DNA of 64,000 bases, taken from Candidatus Latescibacterota bacterium (GTDB taxonomy: Bacteria > Latescibacterota > UBA2968 > GCA-2709665). The position numbers were made by a program, and so were the translations under genes. This document shows positions 38,696 through 48,980 of this stretch, one piece after another. Location of the stretch: NCBI GenBank assembly GCA_965226795.1, contig CBDDDZ010000002.1, positions 1-64,000 of the forward strand, read 5' to 3'. Each line of letters begins with the position of its first letter. The first letter of the stretch is position 1. A model generated the notes under the pieces. The model saw only the letters and a program-made list of their open reading frames with translations. It was not told the origin of the DNA and made no database searches.

Positions 38696-41600
38696 CTACG
38701 TGATAAGCGCGACGGCTTTTTCTTTCAGCGCCGGAAGCAACTCGTCCGCTGCTCGTTCGAGCGCGGCCAGTGCCTTATCCACGTCTTCAAGGTCCCCGTC
38801 CCGCGCCATGGTTTCCAGCCGCAATGCCGCCTCCATGGCCGGTTCCGCATGGAAGACAGCCGCCGAACCCTTCAGTGTATGGGCCGCGCGCCGCAGCAGG
38901 GTCCCATCGCCGTGTCTGATCGCCCGTTTCATTTCTTCAATGTGCTTCCCGTACTCCGTAACAAACAGGCCGGCCAGTTCACCCAGAAGCGCCTCGTTGC
39001 CGCCAACCTGGTCCAGTGCCCCCTGCCAATCCAGTGCGTCGCTACCGACACCGGGCTCCGCCCGCGATTCACCGTCCGATGAGCCGTTAGTCTCCACAAC
39101 ATCGTAGAGATGTCCCGCCCGGATCGGCTTGGGAAGGTAATCGTCCATCCCCTGTTCCAGACACCGCTCTCTGTCTCCCTGCATCACGTGGGCCGTCATT
39201 GCCGCAATTCGAATATGCTCCCCCGACGACCTTTCCCGTTCCCTGATAATCCGTGTTGCCTCCAACCCATCCATCTCCGGCATCTGTATATCCATCAGGA
39301 TCAGATCGAATGTGTCGTTCTCCAGCGCCGTGAGTACTTCCTTGCCGTTGGTGACGGCGGTAACCTGGTGGCCGCGCGGCTCGAGCAGGTCCACGATCAC
39401 TTTCCGGTTGACCATGCCGTCCTCTGCCAACAGGACGCGGCGCCTGTCGGCGGGCGGCAACGGTTCCGCAATCTTCGCAATATCTACGGGCTCGACAACG
39501 CTCACCTCCAGGGCCGCCAGCGTGGCATCGAGCAGGTCGGACTGCTTGACCGGCTTGGTCAGACATCGCGCAAGCCCCAACGCGTCACATCGCACCGCGT
39601 CGTTTGTTCTTCCCGCGGACGAAAGTATCAGAATCGGTACCTCTTTCACATCCGGATCCCGGCGGATACGCTCGGCCAGCGCGAACCCGTCCATATCGGG
39701 CATCATTGCGTCCAGAAAGAAAAGGTGGAACGGCGAATCCGCATCGCCAGCCTCCCGGAGTGTCTCGAGCGCGGCCGGCCCCGAATCCGCCACGTCAATT
39801 TTCATACCCCAGGTTCCCAGCATCTCCTCGAAGATAAACCGGTTTGTACGGTTGTTATCCACCACCAGCGCCCGGAGACCCACCAGGGTCTGGAGATCGG
39901 CCGCCGACCGCTTCGCCGGCTGGGGTTGGGCCTCGAAGAGCGCTGTGAAATAAAACGTGCTCCCTTTGTCAGGCGCGCTCTCCACCCACATGCGTCCACC
40001 CATCATCGTGGCCAGTTGGGATGAAATCGCCAGGCCCAGCCCCGTTCCTCCAAACCGCCGGGAAGTAGAAGAGTCTACCTGGCTGAAAGAGTCGAAAATG
40101 ATCGGCCGATCTTCGGGCGCGATCCCGATGCCGGTATCCCGAACAAAGAACCTCAGACAGAGCTTCTCTTCCTCCCGTGCGTCCACCTTTACGTCAACCA
40201 GCACGTCGCCTTTCTCCGTGAACTTTATGGCGTTGTCCACCAGGTTAATCACGATCTGCCGCAAACGGCCCGGGTCCCCCACCAGCCTGTCCGGAACCTC
40301 CGGTGCAATATGGCACGCCAGCTCCAGCCGGTTCTGTGTGGCTTTGACCGCAAGGGTCTGAACGGTGTCCCCCAGCGTATCGCGGAGGTCGAAGCCGATC
40401 GCTTCCAGTTCCAGCCGGTCCACCTCGAGTTTGGAGAAATCGAGAATATCGTTCAGAAGTGCCAGTAAGGCCTCCGAAGACTGCCTGCTCAACTTGAGAT
40501 ACTCGCGTTGTTGAGGCGTCAACTCCGTGTTGCCCAGAAGCTCCGTCATGCCCATGATGCCATTCATCGGCGTACGGATCTCGTGGCTCATATTGGCCAG
40601 AAACTCGCTTTTTGCGCGATTCGCCTTTTCGGCGGCGTCTTTCGCTTTCTGCAACTCCGCCCCCGAACGCTCCAGTGCAACCGTACTCTTCTTCAGCGCT
40701 TCGTTCGCTTCACGCTCGGCAGCCGCGGTTTTCTCGAGTTGCCGGTTCTTTTCCTGCAGCTGTATCTCGGTGCGCTTGCGTAGCGTGATATCCCGCACCG
40801 TACCGATCATATGTACATACTGCTCCGCGCTGTCACCGAAAACGCGGCCTTTATTTCCCAGCCACCGAACCGTCCCTTCCGGCCATACAACCCGGTGCTC
40901 GACCTCGAAATCCACCCCTTCCCTGATCGTGCGCCGCACCGCACTGCGAACCATCGCCCGGTCTTCGGGGTGCACGAGTTCATAGAACGCCTCGCGCGTA
41001 CCTTCGAACACTTCCGGTTTAAGGCCGAACAACGGCGCCACCAGATCCGACCAGACCAGTTCTCCGGTCAGCAGGTTGGAATCCCAACTCCCCATGTGGG
41101 CGGCTTCCATTGCCAGCTTGAGCCGGGCTTCGCTCTCACGTAATGCCTGTTCTGAGCGCTTCCGTTCGGAGTCCAGATACGCGAGCGACCGTGCGTACCA
41201 CCAGATCAGAATGTTCAGCGCTACGATCACCCCCAGGGAGAACAGCGACATTCCGGATTCGAAACCCAAAATCACTTCGCCGTAAGGCCAGAGCCAGCCC
41301 AGCGCCAGTGGAATCAGGAAAGCCTGAGGCAGCAACCGGCGCGCCATCGAACCGCCAGCGGTCGAGCTGACGATGGTTGTCGTTGGTTCCAGGTCCGGAC
41401 GGGATAAAAACAGGCCAACGCACAGCAGGCCGAATGTGAGCGTTGTGACGGCGCTCATCTGAATATCCCATGTCACTTCCCGGGGCGAGAGCGTCAGGTA
41501 AAAATGCCCAATTGCATAACCGATCGATACGATTGAGGCGACAGACAGACACGTCAGCGCCGGCCACGCGCTTCCTCTGATTTTAAATTGCCAGAGAAAC

Positions 41601-41968
41601 AAGGCCAGGCCGATCAGCGCAAAATTACACGCCTCATCGCGCAACATATGCCCCGCGCCTGCCTCGAAACCGATAAATACGGGGCCCGCGCCAACCAGTT
41701 CCAGAAACGCGAAGACCACCACCACCGCGCTGATTGCCTTCCCCAGGAACTGCCGCCGCGCGGATGATATTCCGTTACGCAGCAGCCACAGCGCGACGCC
41801 GGCCAGTACGAACATCCCAGCCGTCAGCAGAGACATCCATTCAGCGACAGGGGCGTTGACCAGCCATCCGAACAGAACCAACAGGGATAACAGAACAACC
41901 GCCAGATTCGCCGTTTGCGCGGCTATCGCGGCCAGACGCACCAGACGAGGGTCGGCATAATCGTCCAT
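38696..41968 (-). CDS. Membrane hybrid sensor kinase (TM-PAS-HisKA-HATPase-REC-REC-Hpt)
   Basis: ANMSHEIRTPM, NAIKFT, DTGIGI, GGTGLGL, LDAMMPDMDG, MDIQMPEMDG, AAHTLKGS. Confidence 0.95.
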   Translation of the reverse strand: MDDYADPRLVRLAAIAAQTANLAVVLLSLLVLFGWLVNAPVAEWMSLLTAGMFVLAGVALWLLRNGISSARRQFLGKAISAVVVVFAFLELVGAGPVFIGFEAGAGHMLRDEACNFALIGLALFLWQFKIRGSAWPALTCLSVASIVSIGYAIGHFYLTLSPREVTWDIQMSAVTTLTFGLLCVGLFLSRPDLEPTTTIVSSTAGGSMARRLLPQAFLIPLALGWLWPYGEVILGFESGMSLFSLGVIVALNILIWWYARSLAYLDSERKRSEQALRESEARLKLAMEAAHMGSWDSNLLTGELVWSDLVAPLFGLKPEVFEGTREAFYELVHPEDRAMVRSAVRRTIREGVDFEVEHRVVWPEGTVRWLGNKGRVFGDSAEQYVHMIGTVRDITLRKRTEIQLQEKNRQLEKTAAAEREANEALKKSTVALERSGAELQKAKDAAEKANRAKSEFLANMSHEIRTPMNGIMGMTELLGNTELTPQQREYLKLSRQSSEALLALLNDILDFSKLEVDRLELEAIGFDLRDTLGDTVQTLAVKATQNRLELACHIAPEVPDRLVGDPGRLRQIVINLVDNAIKFTEKGDVLVDVKVDAREEEKLCLRFFVRDTGIGIAPEDRPIIFDSFSQVDSSTSRRFGGTGLGLAISSQLATMMGGRMWVESAPDKGSTFYFTALFEAQPQPAKRSAADLQTLVGLRALVVDNNRTNRFIFEEMLGTWGMKIDVADSGPAALETLREAGDADSPFHLFFLDAMMPDMDGFALAERIRRDPDVKEVPILILSSAGRTNDAVRCDALGLARCLTKPVKQSDLLDATLAALEVSVVEPVDIAKIAEPLPPADRRRVLLAEDGMVNRKVIVDLLEPRGHQVTAVTNGKEVLTALENDTFDLILMDIQMPEMDGLEATRIIRERERSSGEHIRIAAMTAHVMQGDRERCLEQGMDDYLPKPIRAGHLYDVVETNGSSDGESRAEPGVGSDALDWQGALDQVGGNEALLGELAGLFVTEYGKHIEEMKRAIRHGDGTLLRRAAHTLKGSAAVFHAEPAMEAALRLETMARDGDLEDVDKALAALERAADELLPALKEKAVALIT

Positions 41969-41979
41969 TTCAGACCTTC

Positions 41980-43644
41980 CTACGGGAAGATACCCCTCAG
42001 GAGTTTCGCCTGAGTCACGCGGTGGATTCCTTCAATCAGCGCTGCAGTTCGTATATCCAGCCCATCGCGTTCGGACCGCTGCATCGTCCGTCGGAACGCG
42101 TGGAGCATTATCTGTCTGAGTCGTTCGTTGATCTCCTCGAGCGTCCACATATAATTCTGCGTATCCTGCACCCACTCGAAATAGGAAACCGTAACGCCCC
42201 CGGCGTTGCCGAGCACGTCCGGCAGAATGAACACGCCCTTTTCCATCAGGATCTCATCCGCTTCCAGAGACGTGGGCCCGTTGGCGCCCTCGGCCAGAAT
42301 TCTGCACCGGATCCGTTCGGCATTGTCCGCGGTGATCTGATTCTGCATGGCTGCGGGGACAAGGACATCGCACGGTATCTCGAGCAGTTCCTGATTGCTC
42401 ACGGCATCTCCGCCGGCGTAACCTTCCAGAAACCGGTTTTCTTCCACGTGTTGGAGCAGCGAATCCACCGACAGGCCGTCGGGATTGTAAATTCCGGTTG
42501 TGACATCGCTCACGCCAAGCAGCCTGACCCCACAGGCCTCCAGAAACCGTGCCGCATTGCTCCCGACGTTTCCAAAACCCTGTACCACAGCCGTCGCATG
42601 TCGCAAGTCCAACCGGATATGGTTGGCCGCCTCCTCCACCATGTATACAAGCCCTCGCCCCGTGGCCTCGCGACGACCCTCGGAGCCGCCCAGCACCACC
42701 GGCTTGCCGGTCACGACCGCCGGCACGGTATGTCCCATCTGGTGGCTGTACGTGTCCATCATCCAGGCCATCACATGCTCGTCAGTGCCCATGTCCGGTG
42801 CCGGGATATCCTTTTGCGGCCCGATAACGTCGATAATCTCCGACGTATACCTGCGAGTCAGGCGCTGCAGTTCGTGCCGCGAAAGTACGGTCGGGTCAAT
42901 TCGCACGCCGCCTTTTGCGCCGCCGAACGGCAAATTCATCAATGCACACTTCCACGTCATCCACATTGCCAGGGCGGATACCTCGCCCAGATTCACATCC
43001 TGATGATAGCGCACGCCGCCCTTCGTGGGGCCCATCGTCAACACATGCTGAATCCGGTATCCGGCGACCGTCTCCACATATTCGTGTTCATCCCGCCGGA
43101 ACGGAAAGGTCACCACATGGGTACGCTGTGGGAACAACAGCCGCTGGCGGATGTTGTCATCCAGTTCCATCAACTGCGCCGCCTTCAAAAACTGGCGCTG
43201 CGCCAGCCGGAACATCGGCGACTCCCATTCGGCGTGTAGTGCCCGGCTGCGTTCTACGGCGTATCGGATCGACCTCACCAGGAGAGGGCCGTTCAATTTG
43301 GATTTCACAAGATAATCCTGCGCCCCCGCCTCAACCGCCCGCGCCGCCAGTTTGATATCCTTCAGGCTGGACAGAATGACCACAGGCAAATCCGGATATG
43401 CCGCGCGTACACGGAAATACGTGTCCAGGTCCTCGCTGTCGGGCAGCACCAGGTCCAGCAGCAGCACTTCGTATCCGTCCGCAGCAAGCCGGTTCAGCCC
43501 TTCCGCGAGCGTATCCGCCGCATCCACCTCGAATACCGGGCCCGCGGATTCAGCGAGCAATTCTCGAATCAGCCGCGTGTGCAGCGGATTGTCTTCAATC
43601 AACAACGATTTCAGGTTTGTCGCTGGCATGGCTCCATGTTCCAT
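41980..43644 (-). CDS. Response-regulator receiver fused to Glu/Leu/Phe/Val (glutamate-type) dehydrogenase
   Basis: REC: LLIEDN, LLLDLVLPD, VVILSS, DYLVK. GDH: KGGVRYH, MTWKCA, GGAKGG, DIPAPD, QGFGNVG, EGANGPT, NAGGVTVSYFEWVQ. Start 43644 or 43629. Confidence 0.93.
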   Translation of the reverse strand: MEHGAMPATNLKSLLIEDNPLHTRLIRELLAESAGPVFEVDAADTLAEGLNRLAADGYEVLLLDLVLPDSEDLDTYFRVRAAYPDLPVVILSSLKDIKLAARAVEAGAQDYLVKSKLNGPLLVRSIRYAVERSRALHAEWESPMFRLAQRQFLKAAQLMELDDNIRQRLLFPQRTHVVTFPFRRDEHEYVETVAGYRIQHVLTMGPTKGGVRYHQDVNLGEVSALAMWMTWKCALMNLPFGGAKGGVRIDPTVLSRHELQRLTRRYTSEIIDVIGPQKDIPAPDMGTDEHVMAWMMDTYSHQMGHTVPAVVTGKPVVLGGSEGRREATGRGLVYMVEEAANHIRLDLRHATAVVQGFGNVGSNAARFLEACGVRLLGVSDVTTGIYNPDGLSVDSLLQHVEENRFLEGYAGGDAVSNQELLEIPCDVLVPAAMQNQITADNAERIRCRILAEGANGPTSLEADEILMEKGVFILPDVLGNAGGVTVSYFEWVQDTQNYMWTLEEINERLRQIMLHAFRRTMQRSERDGLDIRTAALIEGIHRVTQAKLLRGIFP

Positions 43645-43869
43645 TCAATTTGATGCGCGATTAAGGTTCGACCAGGGTACTATCGAATATTTAGCCCGAT
43701 TGCCTATTTGTGTCAAGCCCAAAGCGCCCCATGAGACGTTTTTTTGCAATTCGGCCGGGTATTTCCTGGAGAATCGGGTCGGGATTCTCAGGGATCCCGC
43801 CCTCGTTTCGTCACGCAACCGATCCGGAGGATTTCCACGGTAGAGCCATCTCCTGTTGCGGGCTATCCG

Positions 43870-44838
43870 TCACCTGCGCTCGCGTCGCAGATCCAGCCAG
43901 TCCAGTTCCTCCGGCGAAAGCCGGATGTCCATGGCCTCCTGGTTCAGACGGCTTTCCTCGACCGACCTGCAGCCGGCCAGCGTGAAGGTGTTCAGCGGTT
44001 GATTGAAAAGGAACGCGAGCGCGATCTGCGCCACCGTCTTTCCGCGCTCGCTGGCGAGTTCGATCGCGCGGTCCAGCCGACTGAAGTTCTCCTCGTATCC
44101 GTAGACCTGCACGCAGCCCTCCGGCATCTCGTTCCCCATCTCTGAAATGTTTCCGCGTGTCAAGCGCCCGGAAAAAAAGCCCTGCGCCAGGCTGGACCAT
44201 GTAAATACCGGCATCTGCGATTGCCGGTACCAGGCGCGCTCCTCGGCCCCCCGGGGTCCGGAGATACTCAGACAACCCTCCCAGATTTCCTCCTTACGCA
44301 CGGCCAGGCTGAAATTCGGACTGCTGGCGACAAATGGCATCAGGCCGTGATTCCGTGCATACAAATTGGCTTCAAGGATGCGATTCACCGACCAGTTGGA
44401 TCCGCCGAAGGCGCGGATGCGCCCTTCGGACGTGTGCTCGTTCAGCGCCTCCACGAGCGGCCCCACCGGCACCCCGGGATCGTCCCGATGAAGCAGGTAG
44501 AGGTCGATGTAATCGGTTTTGAGCCGCGCGAGGGAATCGAACAGGTCGGACGCGATGTCGAACACCGTCACCCGACGGCGGTCCGCATTGTGATGGCCGC
44601 CTTTGCTCAGTATGAATACGTCGCTACGATTACCCCGCAGATCCATCCAGGCGCCCAGCGTCCGTTCCGCCTCTCCGTTTCCATATATCTGCGCGGTATC
44701 GAAACTGTTGCATCCCAGCGCCCGGATCCCGTCAAGAAACTCGATGTTCGCCTCCAGGTCGTCCGTCGACAGCATCAACGTGCCCTGAACGAGCCGGGAT
44801 ACCGGTTTGTCAATCCCCTCGACACGTCCATACTTCAT
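43870..44838 (-). CDS. Aldo/keto reductase
   Basis: FDTAQIYG, LYLLHRDD, FGGSNW. Confidence 0.9.
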   Translation of the reverse strand: MKYGRVEGIDKPVSRLVQGTLMLSTDDLEANIEFLDGIRALGCNSFDTAQIYGNGEAERTLGAWMDLRGNRSDVFILSKGGHHNADRRRVTVFDIASDLFDSLARLKTDYIDLYLLHRDDPGVPVGPLVEALNEHTSEGRIRAFGGSNWSVNRILEANLYARNHGLMPFVASSPNFSLAVRKEEIWEGCLSISGPRGAEERAWYRQSQMPVFTWSSLAQGFFSGRLTRGNISEMGNEMPEGCVQVYGYEENFSRLDRAIELASERGKTVAQIALAFLFNQPLNTFTLAGCRSVEESRLNQEAMDIRLSPEELDWLDLRRERR

Positions 44839-44939
44839 CGAATCCTCCATATTATATGTAGTATATCCATATTATAAAAGCTATGCATCGCGTCGTTTAT
44901 CCTCTCCGCCGCCCGTCCGGATCACTGTGAGAGGCCATT

Positions 44940-45932
44940 CTACGGACATTCTATGGGGAATTTCAGCCCTATCCGATCACGAACCGTATCCATCGTACCC
45001 ATAATCGCAACGGTCTCATCCAGCGTAATGACGTCGCTTTCCAGTTTCCCGTCACGCAAATAACGGCCCACCGCTTCCGCCTGGCAGTTGTAACCATTCC
45101 CGTCGTGCCCTCGTTCGACCACCGTCTCCGTGCCGTTTCTCACCAGCGACGCCGTCGTCCCCCGCCAGAACGGCGGATGAATGCGGATCATCCCTTTTCT
45201 GCCCATAATGAAAGCGCAGTGAGGCGTGCTGCATTGGATCGACGTATACAGCAGGGCCATCTCTCCGGTATCGTACCCGAGCATGATCCCGGCCTGTTCG
45301 TCCACCGCCATTTCGCCGATATGCGCCATGCTCAACACGTGCGACGGCTGTCGCTGGAACACCATGGACGCGAACGACAGCGTATAGATGCCCACGTCCA
45401 TCAGCGCCCCGCCGCCCAGGGCCGGATCATAGAGGCGAGACTTTGTCGTGCCGGGACTGGATCCGAAACCGAAATCCGCCGAAACCATACGGACTTCGCC
45501 GATCGCGTCGTCGCGCAGCCACCGCCTTACCTGGTACATGATCGGCAGGAAGCGCGTCCACATGGCCTCCATCAGAAAAAGGCCTTCTTCTCGCGCAACC
45601 GCAACGACTTCCGCGGCCTCCGAACGACTTATCGCAAAGGGCTTCTCGCACAATACCGCTTTTCCCGCCCTTAGACACAGGATACTGTTCTCCTTGTGGA
45701 GTGAATGCGGGGTGGCAACGTAAATGACGTCCACGTCCGGATCGTCAGCCAGATCCGCGTAGCTCGGGTGTCGCCGCGGAATGCCGAATTCATCTCCGAA
45801 CGCATCCGCCGCCCGCTGTGTCCGCGAACCCACGGCAACCGGTTCCGCGTCCGGAACCGCTTCGAGACCCTTAACGAACGACCTTGCAATGGACCCCGTG
45901 CTCAGTATGCCCCATCGAACGCTGTCACCCAT
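44940..45932 (-). CDS. Gfo/Idh/MocA oxidoreductase
   Basis: WGILSTGSIA, LCEKPF, MEAMWTRF, GGGALMDVGIY. Confidence 0.92.
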   Translation of the reverse strand: MGDSVRWGILSTGSIARSFVKGLEAVPDAEPVAVGSRTQRAADAFGDEFGIPRRHPSYADLADDPDVDVIYVATPHSLHKENSILCLRAGKAVLCEKPFAISRSEAAEVVAVAREEGLFLMEAMWTRFLPIMYQVRRWLRDDAIGEVRMVSADFGFGSSPGTTKSRLYDPALGGGALMDVGIYTLSFASMVFQRQPSHVLSMAHIGEMAVDEQAGIMLGYDTGEMALLYTSIQCSTPHCAFIMGRKGMIRIHPPFWRGTTASLVRNGTETVVERGHDGNGYNCQAEAVGRYLRDGKLESDVITLDETVAIMGTMDTVRDRIGLKFPIECP

Positions 45933-45985
45933 CTCTTCTTCCTCACTGTAATTTCAAGGCACCACGACGGTTTGAACCCCAACGA

Positions 45986-47821
45986 TCATCCCTCGTCGCC
46001 CGCGGGCAGTACGCGGGGCAACAGCATCTCCAGCTGCGCCAGCGGCTCCTCCATGCTGCGGATCGCCTGCACCCAGAAGTCCGGCTGTTCAAGGTTGCTG
46101 CCGATGCTTCGTTTCGCCACGTTTTCAGCTGTGTCGCTGCCCGTTAAACGCAGAAACCTCTCGTACCGGGGCAGGAAATCCGGACCTTCCTTCTTGAACG
46201 TCGCAAACAGACCCCGGCTCAACAGATAGCCGAATGTATAAGGGAAATTGTAAAACGTGACTCCCGTAATGTAGAAATGCAGCTTGGATGCCCAGAAATA
46301 GGGATCCTCGCCCCCCTCCTGAAGCACGTCGCCGAATACACCCCGCTGCTTTTCGGTCATCAGCGCTTTCAACTGAGATACGCTCAGTTCTCCGCTGCCG
46401 CGCTCTTCGTAAAGCGCCTTTTCAAATTCGAACCGCACCGGAATGTCCATGAGATAGGCGCCGGCGTGGCCCACCTCCGAATCCAGAACCACGGCCTTTT
46501 GTAGATCATCCACGTCCGGGTCCGAAAGCACCCCGTCAGCCAGAATCATCTCCGCGAACGTGGACGCCGACTCCGCCAACGTCATCGGGTACCCCCGCGC
46601 AAACGGGCGCAAATCGCGCATCACGTGGCTGTGAAACGCGTGCCCCGCTTCGTGAGCCAGCGTCAGCGTATCGCCCATGGTCCGGTTGTACGTCATAAAA
46701 ATCCGCGACTCCGAAATCATCGCCGATCCGGTACAGAAACCGCCCGGGCGTTTTCCCGCGCGCGGTTCGTAGTCGATCCACCGCCTGTCGTACATGTCCT
46801 GCGTGAACTCCCCCAGGGCCGGATAGGCCCTGGCAAACGCACCCTGCACCAGGCATTTTCCTTCGTCCCAATCCATCGGCGAGACATCGGGAAAGGGCAG
46901 CGGCGCTCCGAGGTCGAACCAGGCCACCTTTTCCACGCCCATCGCCTTCGCCCTGAAACGCAGGATCCGGCGCCCGACCTCGATTTCCGAAAATATCGCT
47001 TCGAACATCGCATCCAGCGTCTTCCTCGTAATGGCGGACTGGAACAGGGCTACCTGCAGAAAATGCGGGACCTCCCGGTACTTGTTCAACGTGAGTCGCG
47101 TGCCGGATATCGCATTCAATGCGGCCGCCGTTACGTCTTCAACGCTTTCCCAGGCGGCGTTGCCCCCCTCGAATGCTGCCCGCCGGATCCGACGGTCCGG
47201 ACTCTCCATCAACGACCGCCGCTGCGAAATCGGCATTTTTTCGGTGCGTTCATCCGGAAACCGCATTTCGAACTCCAGCTTTCCGGACAGCGTGTCATAA
47301 AGCCGTCCCCACGCGGAGATACCGTCCACCCGCAGGTCGGCCGCGAGCGCCTCGCGCTCCGAATCCATCGTATACCGCGCCTCCCGGCGCATCCGCCCAA
47401 GGAAATAACCGGCGTCCGAAAGCGCCTCCCGGCCGGCGAGCGCCTGGAAGCTGGCGTCGGGAGCCGTCTTCAAACCCCGCAATAGCTCGGTCTGCAGCTT
47501 GGAGCACTCGGCGTATTGCAGCGTCAGGGCGGCTTCCTCCTTCAAATACGCCTCGTTACGCGCATCTGCCGCCGTCAGACATCCCACGTACGATCCGAGG
47601 TGGCGCAGCCGCGTGAAGAGATTCTCGCTTCGGAGGAAGATGTCCTCCCACGTATCGACATTGTCATCGGCCAGCGGCGGCAGCGCCCTCGCCTGAGCCA
47701 ACAGATCCTGCGTATCCCTCTCCAGGGTTTTCTTGAACTGCGCCATCTCCGGCCCGTTGAACGCCGGGAAATAGCTCGTCAGATCCCAGTTCATCTCCTG
47801 CTCGGCATCCGTCTTTACCAT
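45986..47821 (-). CDS. pepF: M3B oligoendopeptidase F
   Basis: GKRPGGFC, HEAGHAFH, LAESASTF, FYNFPYTFG. Confidence 0.9.
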   Translation of the reverse strand: MVKTDAEQEMNWDLTSYFPAFNGPEMAQFKKTLERDTQDLLAQARALPPLADDNVDTWEDIFLRSENLFTRLRHLGSYVGCLTAADARNEAYLKEEAALTLQYAECSKLQTELLRGLKTAPDASFQALAGREALSDAGYFLGRMRREARYTMDSEREALAADLRVDGISAWGRLYDTLSGKLEFEMRFPDERTEKMPISQRRSLMESPDRRIRRAAFEGGNAAWESVEDVTAAALNAISGTRLTLNKYREVPHFLQVALFQSAITRKTLDAMFEAIFSEIEVGRRILRFRAKAMGVEKVAWFDLGAPLPFPDVSPMDWDEGKCLVQGAFARAYPALGEFTQDMYDRRWIDYEPRAGKRPGGFCTGSAMISESRIFMTYNRTMGDTLTLAHEAGHAFHSHVMRDLRPFARGYPMTLAESASTFAEMILADGVLSDPDVDDLQKAVVLDSEVGHAGAYLMDIPVRFEFEKALYEERGSGELSVSQLKALMTEKQRGVFGDVLQEGGEDPYFWASKLHFYITGVTFYNFPYTFGYLLSRGLFATFKKEGPDFLPRYERFLRLTGSDTAENVAKRSIGSNLEQPDFWVQAIRSMEEPLAQLEMLLPRVLPAGDEG

Positions 47822-47830
47822 GCGCTTTCC

Positions 47831-48967
47831 TCATGTTTTCGAGTCGAGTCCCAGAATCCTCGCGGTGGTCCCGCCCATAATCATCCTCAGGTCTGCGTCG
47901 CTCAATGTCTCGCAATACTTCTCAATCCATCGCCTGGACTGCCGATACGTACAGAACCGATTCTGAAACGGCATATCCGTACCCCAGTTCAGGTGATCCG
48001 CGCCCACATTGGCAACCATTGCCTCCAGTAACGGCCACACCTCCCGGTACGGAAAGTCGAACCAGTCTCCGATTCGCACCGGAAAGCAGACCTCAAGATT
48101 GCAATTCGGGTTTTCGAACGGCAACCAGATCTCCGGCGGCATCGGCAGAAATTCACCGTCCGAAACAAACGCGCGCCAGGGGAATCCGTGCGTCAGATTC
48201 ACAACCGTATCGGGATAGCGTTCCATCCAGCGGATCAACGTTTTTTGCTCGTCCAGATAGCCCTGGCGGGCGCCCTCCGGCGTCATTCGCCGGGTCACGT
48301 CCCCCGGCCCGGATCCCAGCGTGAAGAAAATCGGCACGCCAAACGACGTCGCCGCATCCCAGAACGGACGGCAGGATGCCGCATCCCACGGCTCGGTGGT
48401 GCCGAAATAGGCCGGTCGGGCGTTGAATTTGATCGCGTTGAGCCCAAGTTTCTGAATGGCTGTGTGGAGTTCCTGAATCACGGCATCCGTCTCTGTCCGG
48501 ATGCGCCACTCGTCCACGGGCGCCATGGACCGGAGCCGGTCCGGGTACAGTCGCACGCAATCGGCCAGGAATTCACTGTTGCGGGTCAGCATCGGATTCG
48601 TGTGGATTAGCGCCACGTCGACGCACGCGTAATCCATCTCCGCGACCAGGCTGTGTGGCGTATACTCCAGGTTCCGCAAATTGGGCGGATAGAACTGCTT
48701 GGTATAATCCTCTCCGTCGATCGTCCAGACCACGCGCCCTTTCTGTCTGTCCGCGCGAAAGTCCACATCGGGTAGTTTCCACGGGAACTCGTAAACCTGC
48801 GGGATCAATCCGTCCGAAGTCGCCGGCGCCCGGTCCCTCACGCGCCATGCCGGCTGATGGTGCAGGCCCTGAGCCTCCTGGATCCAACCCATATGCGCAT
48901 CGACGGTTTCGAAACCGGCCGGCGTATCCCCCGGCTCGAAACAATACGCGTGGGAATCGATTATCAT
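47831..48967 (-). CDS. Amidohydrolase family protein
   Basis: IIDSHAY, WGTDMP, IMGGTTARIL. Confidence 0.8.
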   Translation of the reverse strand: MIIDSHAYCFEPGDTPAGFETVDAHMGWIQEAQGLHHQPAWRVRDRAPATSDGLIPQVYEFPWKLPDVDFRADRQKGRVVWTIDGEDYTKQFYPPNLRNLEYTPHSLVAEMDYACVDVALIHTNPMLTRNSEFLADCVRLYPDRLRSMAPVDEWRIRTETDAVIQELHTAIQKLGLNAIKFNARPAYFGTTEPWDAASCRPFWDAATSFGVPIFFTLGSGPGDVTRRMTPEGARQGYLDEQKTLIRWMERYPDTVVNLTHGFPWRAFVSDGEFLPMPPEIWLPFENPNCNLEVCFPVRIGDWFDFPYREVWPLLEAMVANVGADHLNWGTDMPFQNRFCTYRQSRRWIEKYCETLSDADLRMIMGGTTARILGLDSKT

Positions 48968-48980
48968 ATCTGCCTCCTGG

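Noticed and set aside
38400..38700. Integron integrase or attI at the upstream end of the array
   Set aside because: No tyrosine recombinase ORF; the region leads straight to the kinase stop codon
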